A stretch of 64,000 nucleotides of DNA, from positions 72,974,001-73,038,000 of the forward strand of contig OZ336882.1 in the NCBI GenBank assembly GCA_965287045.1, read 5' to 3'. Shown one piece after another: positions 63,973-64,000 of the stretch. Below the pieces are notes generated by a model. That model had not been told where the DNA came from. It worked only from the letters and a program-made list of their open reading frames with translations, and did no database searches. This DNA is from Carcharhinus amblyrhynchos (taxonomy: Eukaryota). Position 1 is the stretch's first letter. The number at the start of each line of letters is the position of its first letter. The position numbers and the translations under genes are program-made.

Positions 63973-64000
63973 ACGTCCCTTTAATGTCCCACATCATAAA
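63973..64000 (+). repeat. Start of a further unit copy (D)
   Basis: gaatatgacgtccctttaatgtcccacatcataaa reproduces the A/B junction at 13066-13100. Confidence 0.8.

Noticed and set aside
1-64000. Prokaryotic systems (CRISPR arrays, operons, defence islands)
   Set aside because: The sequence is vertebrate, with spliceosomal introns and SINE/LINE content; there is no repeat-spacer array.

Overview
Eukaryotic (vertebrate) DNA. The repeat content (HE1/V-SINE-type SINEs, CR1-type LINEs with (CTTATGTT)n tails, a palindromic Penelope-type remnant) points to a shark or other cartilaginous fish. The window is part of a tandem array of two-exon class A GPCR genes of the GPR139/GPR142-like family. Three complete genes (exon 1 at 2291, 17900 and 52204; exon 2 at 3981, 19845 and 53885, all + strand) each sit in a copy of a ~15-18 kb segmental-duplication unit: A 1-13070, B 13071-30930, C 47611-63972, with a fourth copy starting at the window end. 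A unique ~16.7 kb spacer (30930-47610) holds a decayed Gypsy element, SINEs, LINE fragments and a fourth, divergent receptor exon 1 (41401-41470) with a TATA box and splice donor but no exon 2 of its own. Each unit also carries old CR1 LINE pieces and a decayed ERV pol fragment. Three near-identical young CR1 insertions are each private to one copy. The most interesting signals are the diversifying receptor array itself, the orphan first exon, a probable higher-order repeat, mosaic (gene-conversion-like) relationships among the paralogs, a Trp6.48-to-Arg change in gene A, and a ~510 bp palindrome that is intact in one copy and deleted differently in the other two. All calls come from reading the sequence by eye; no searches were run.
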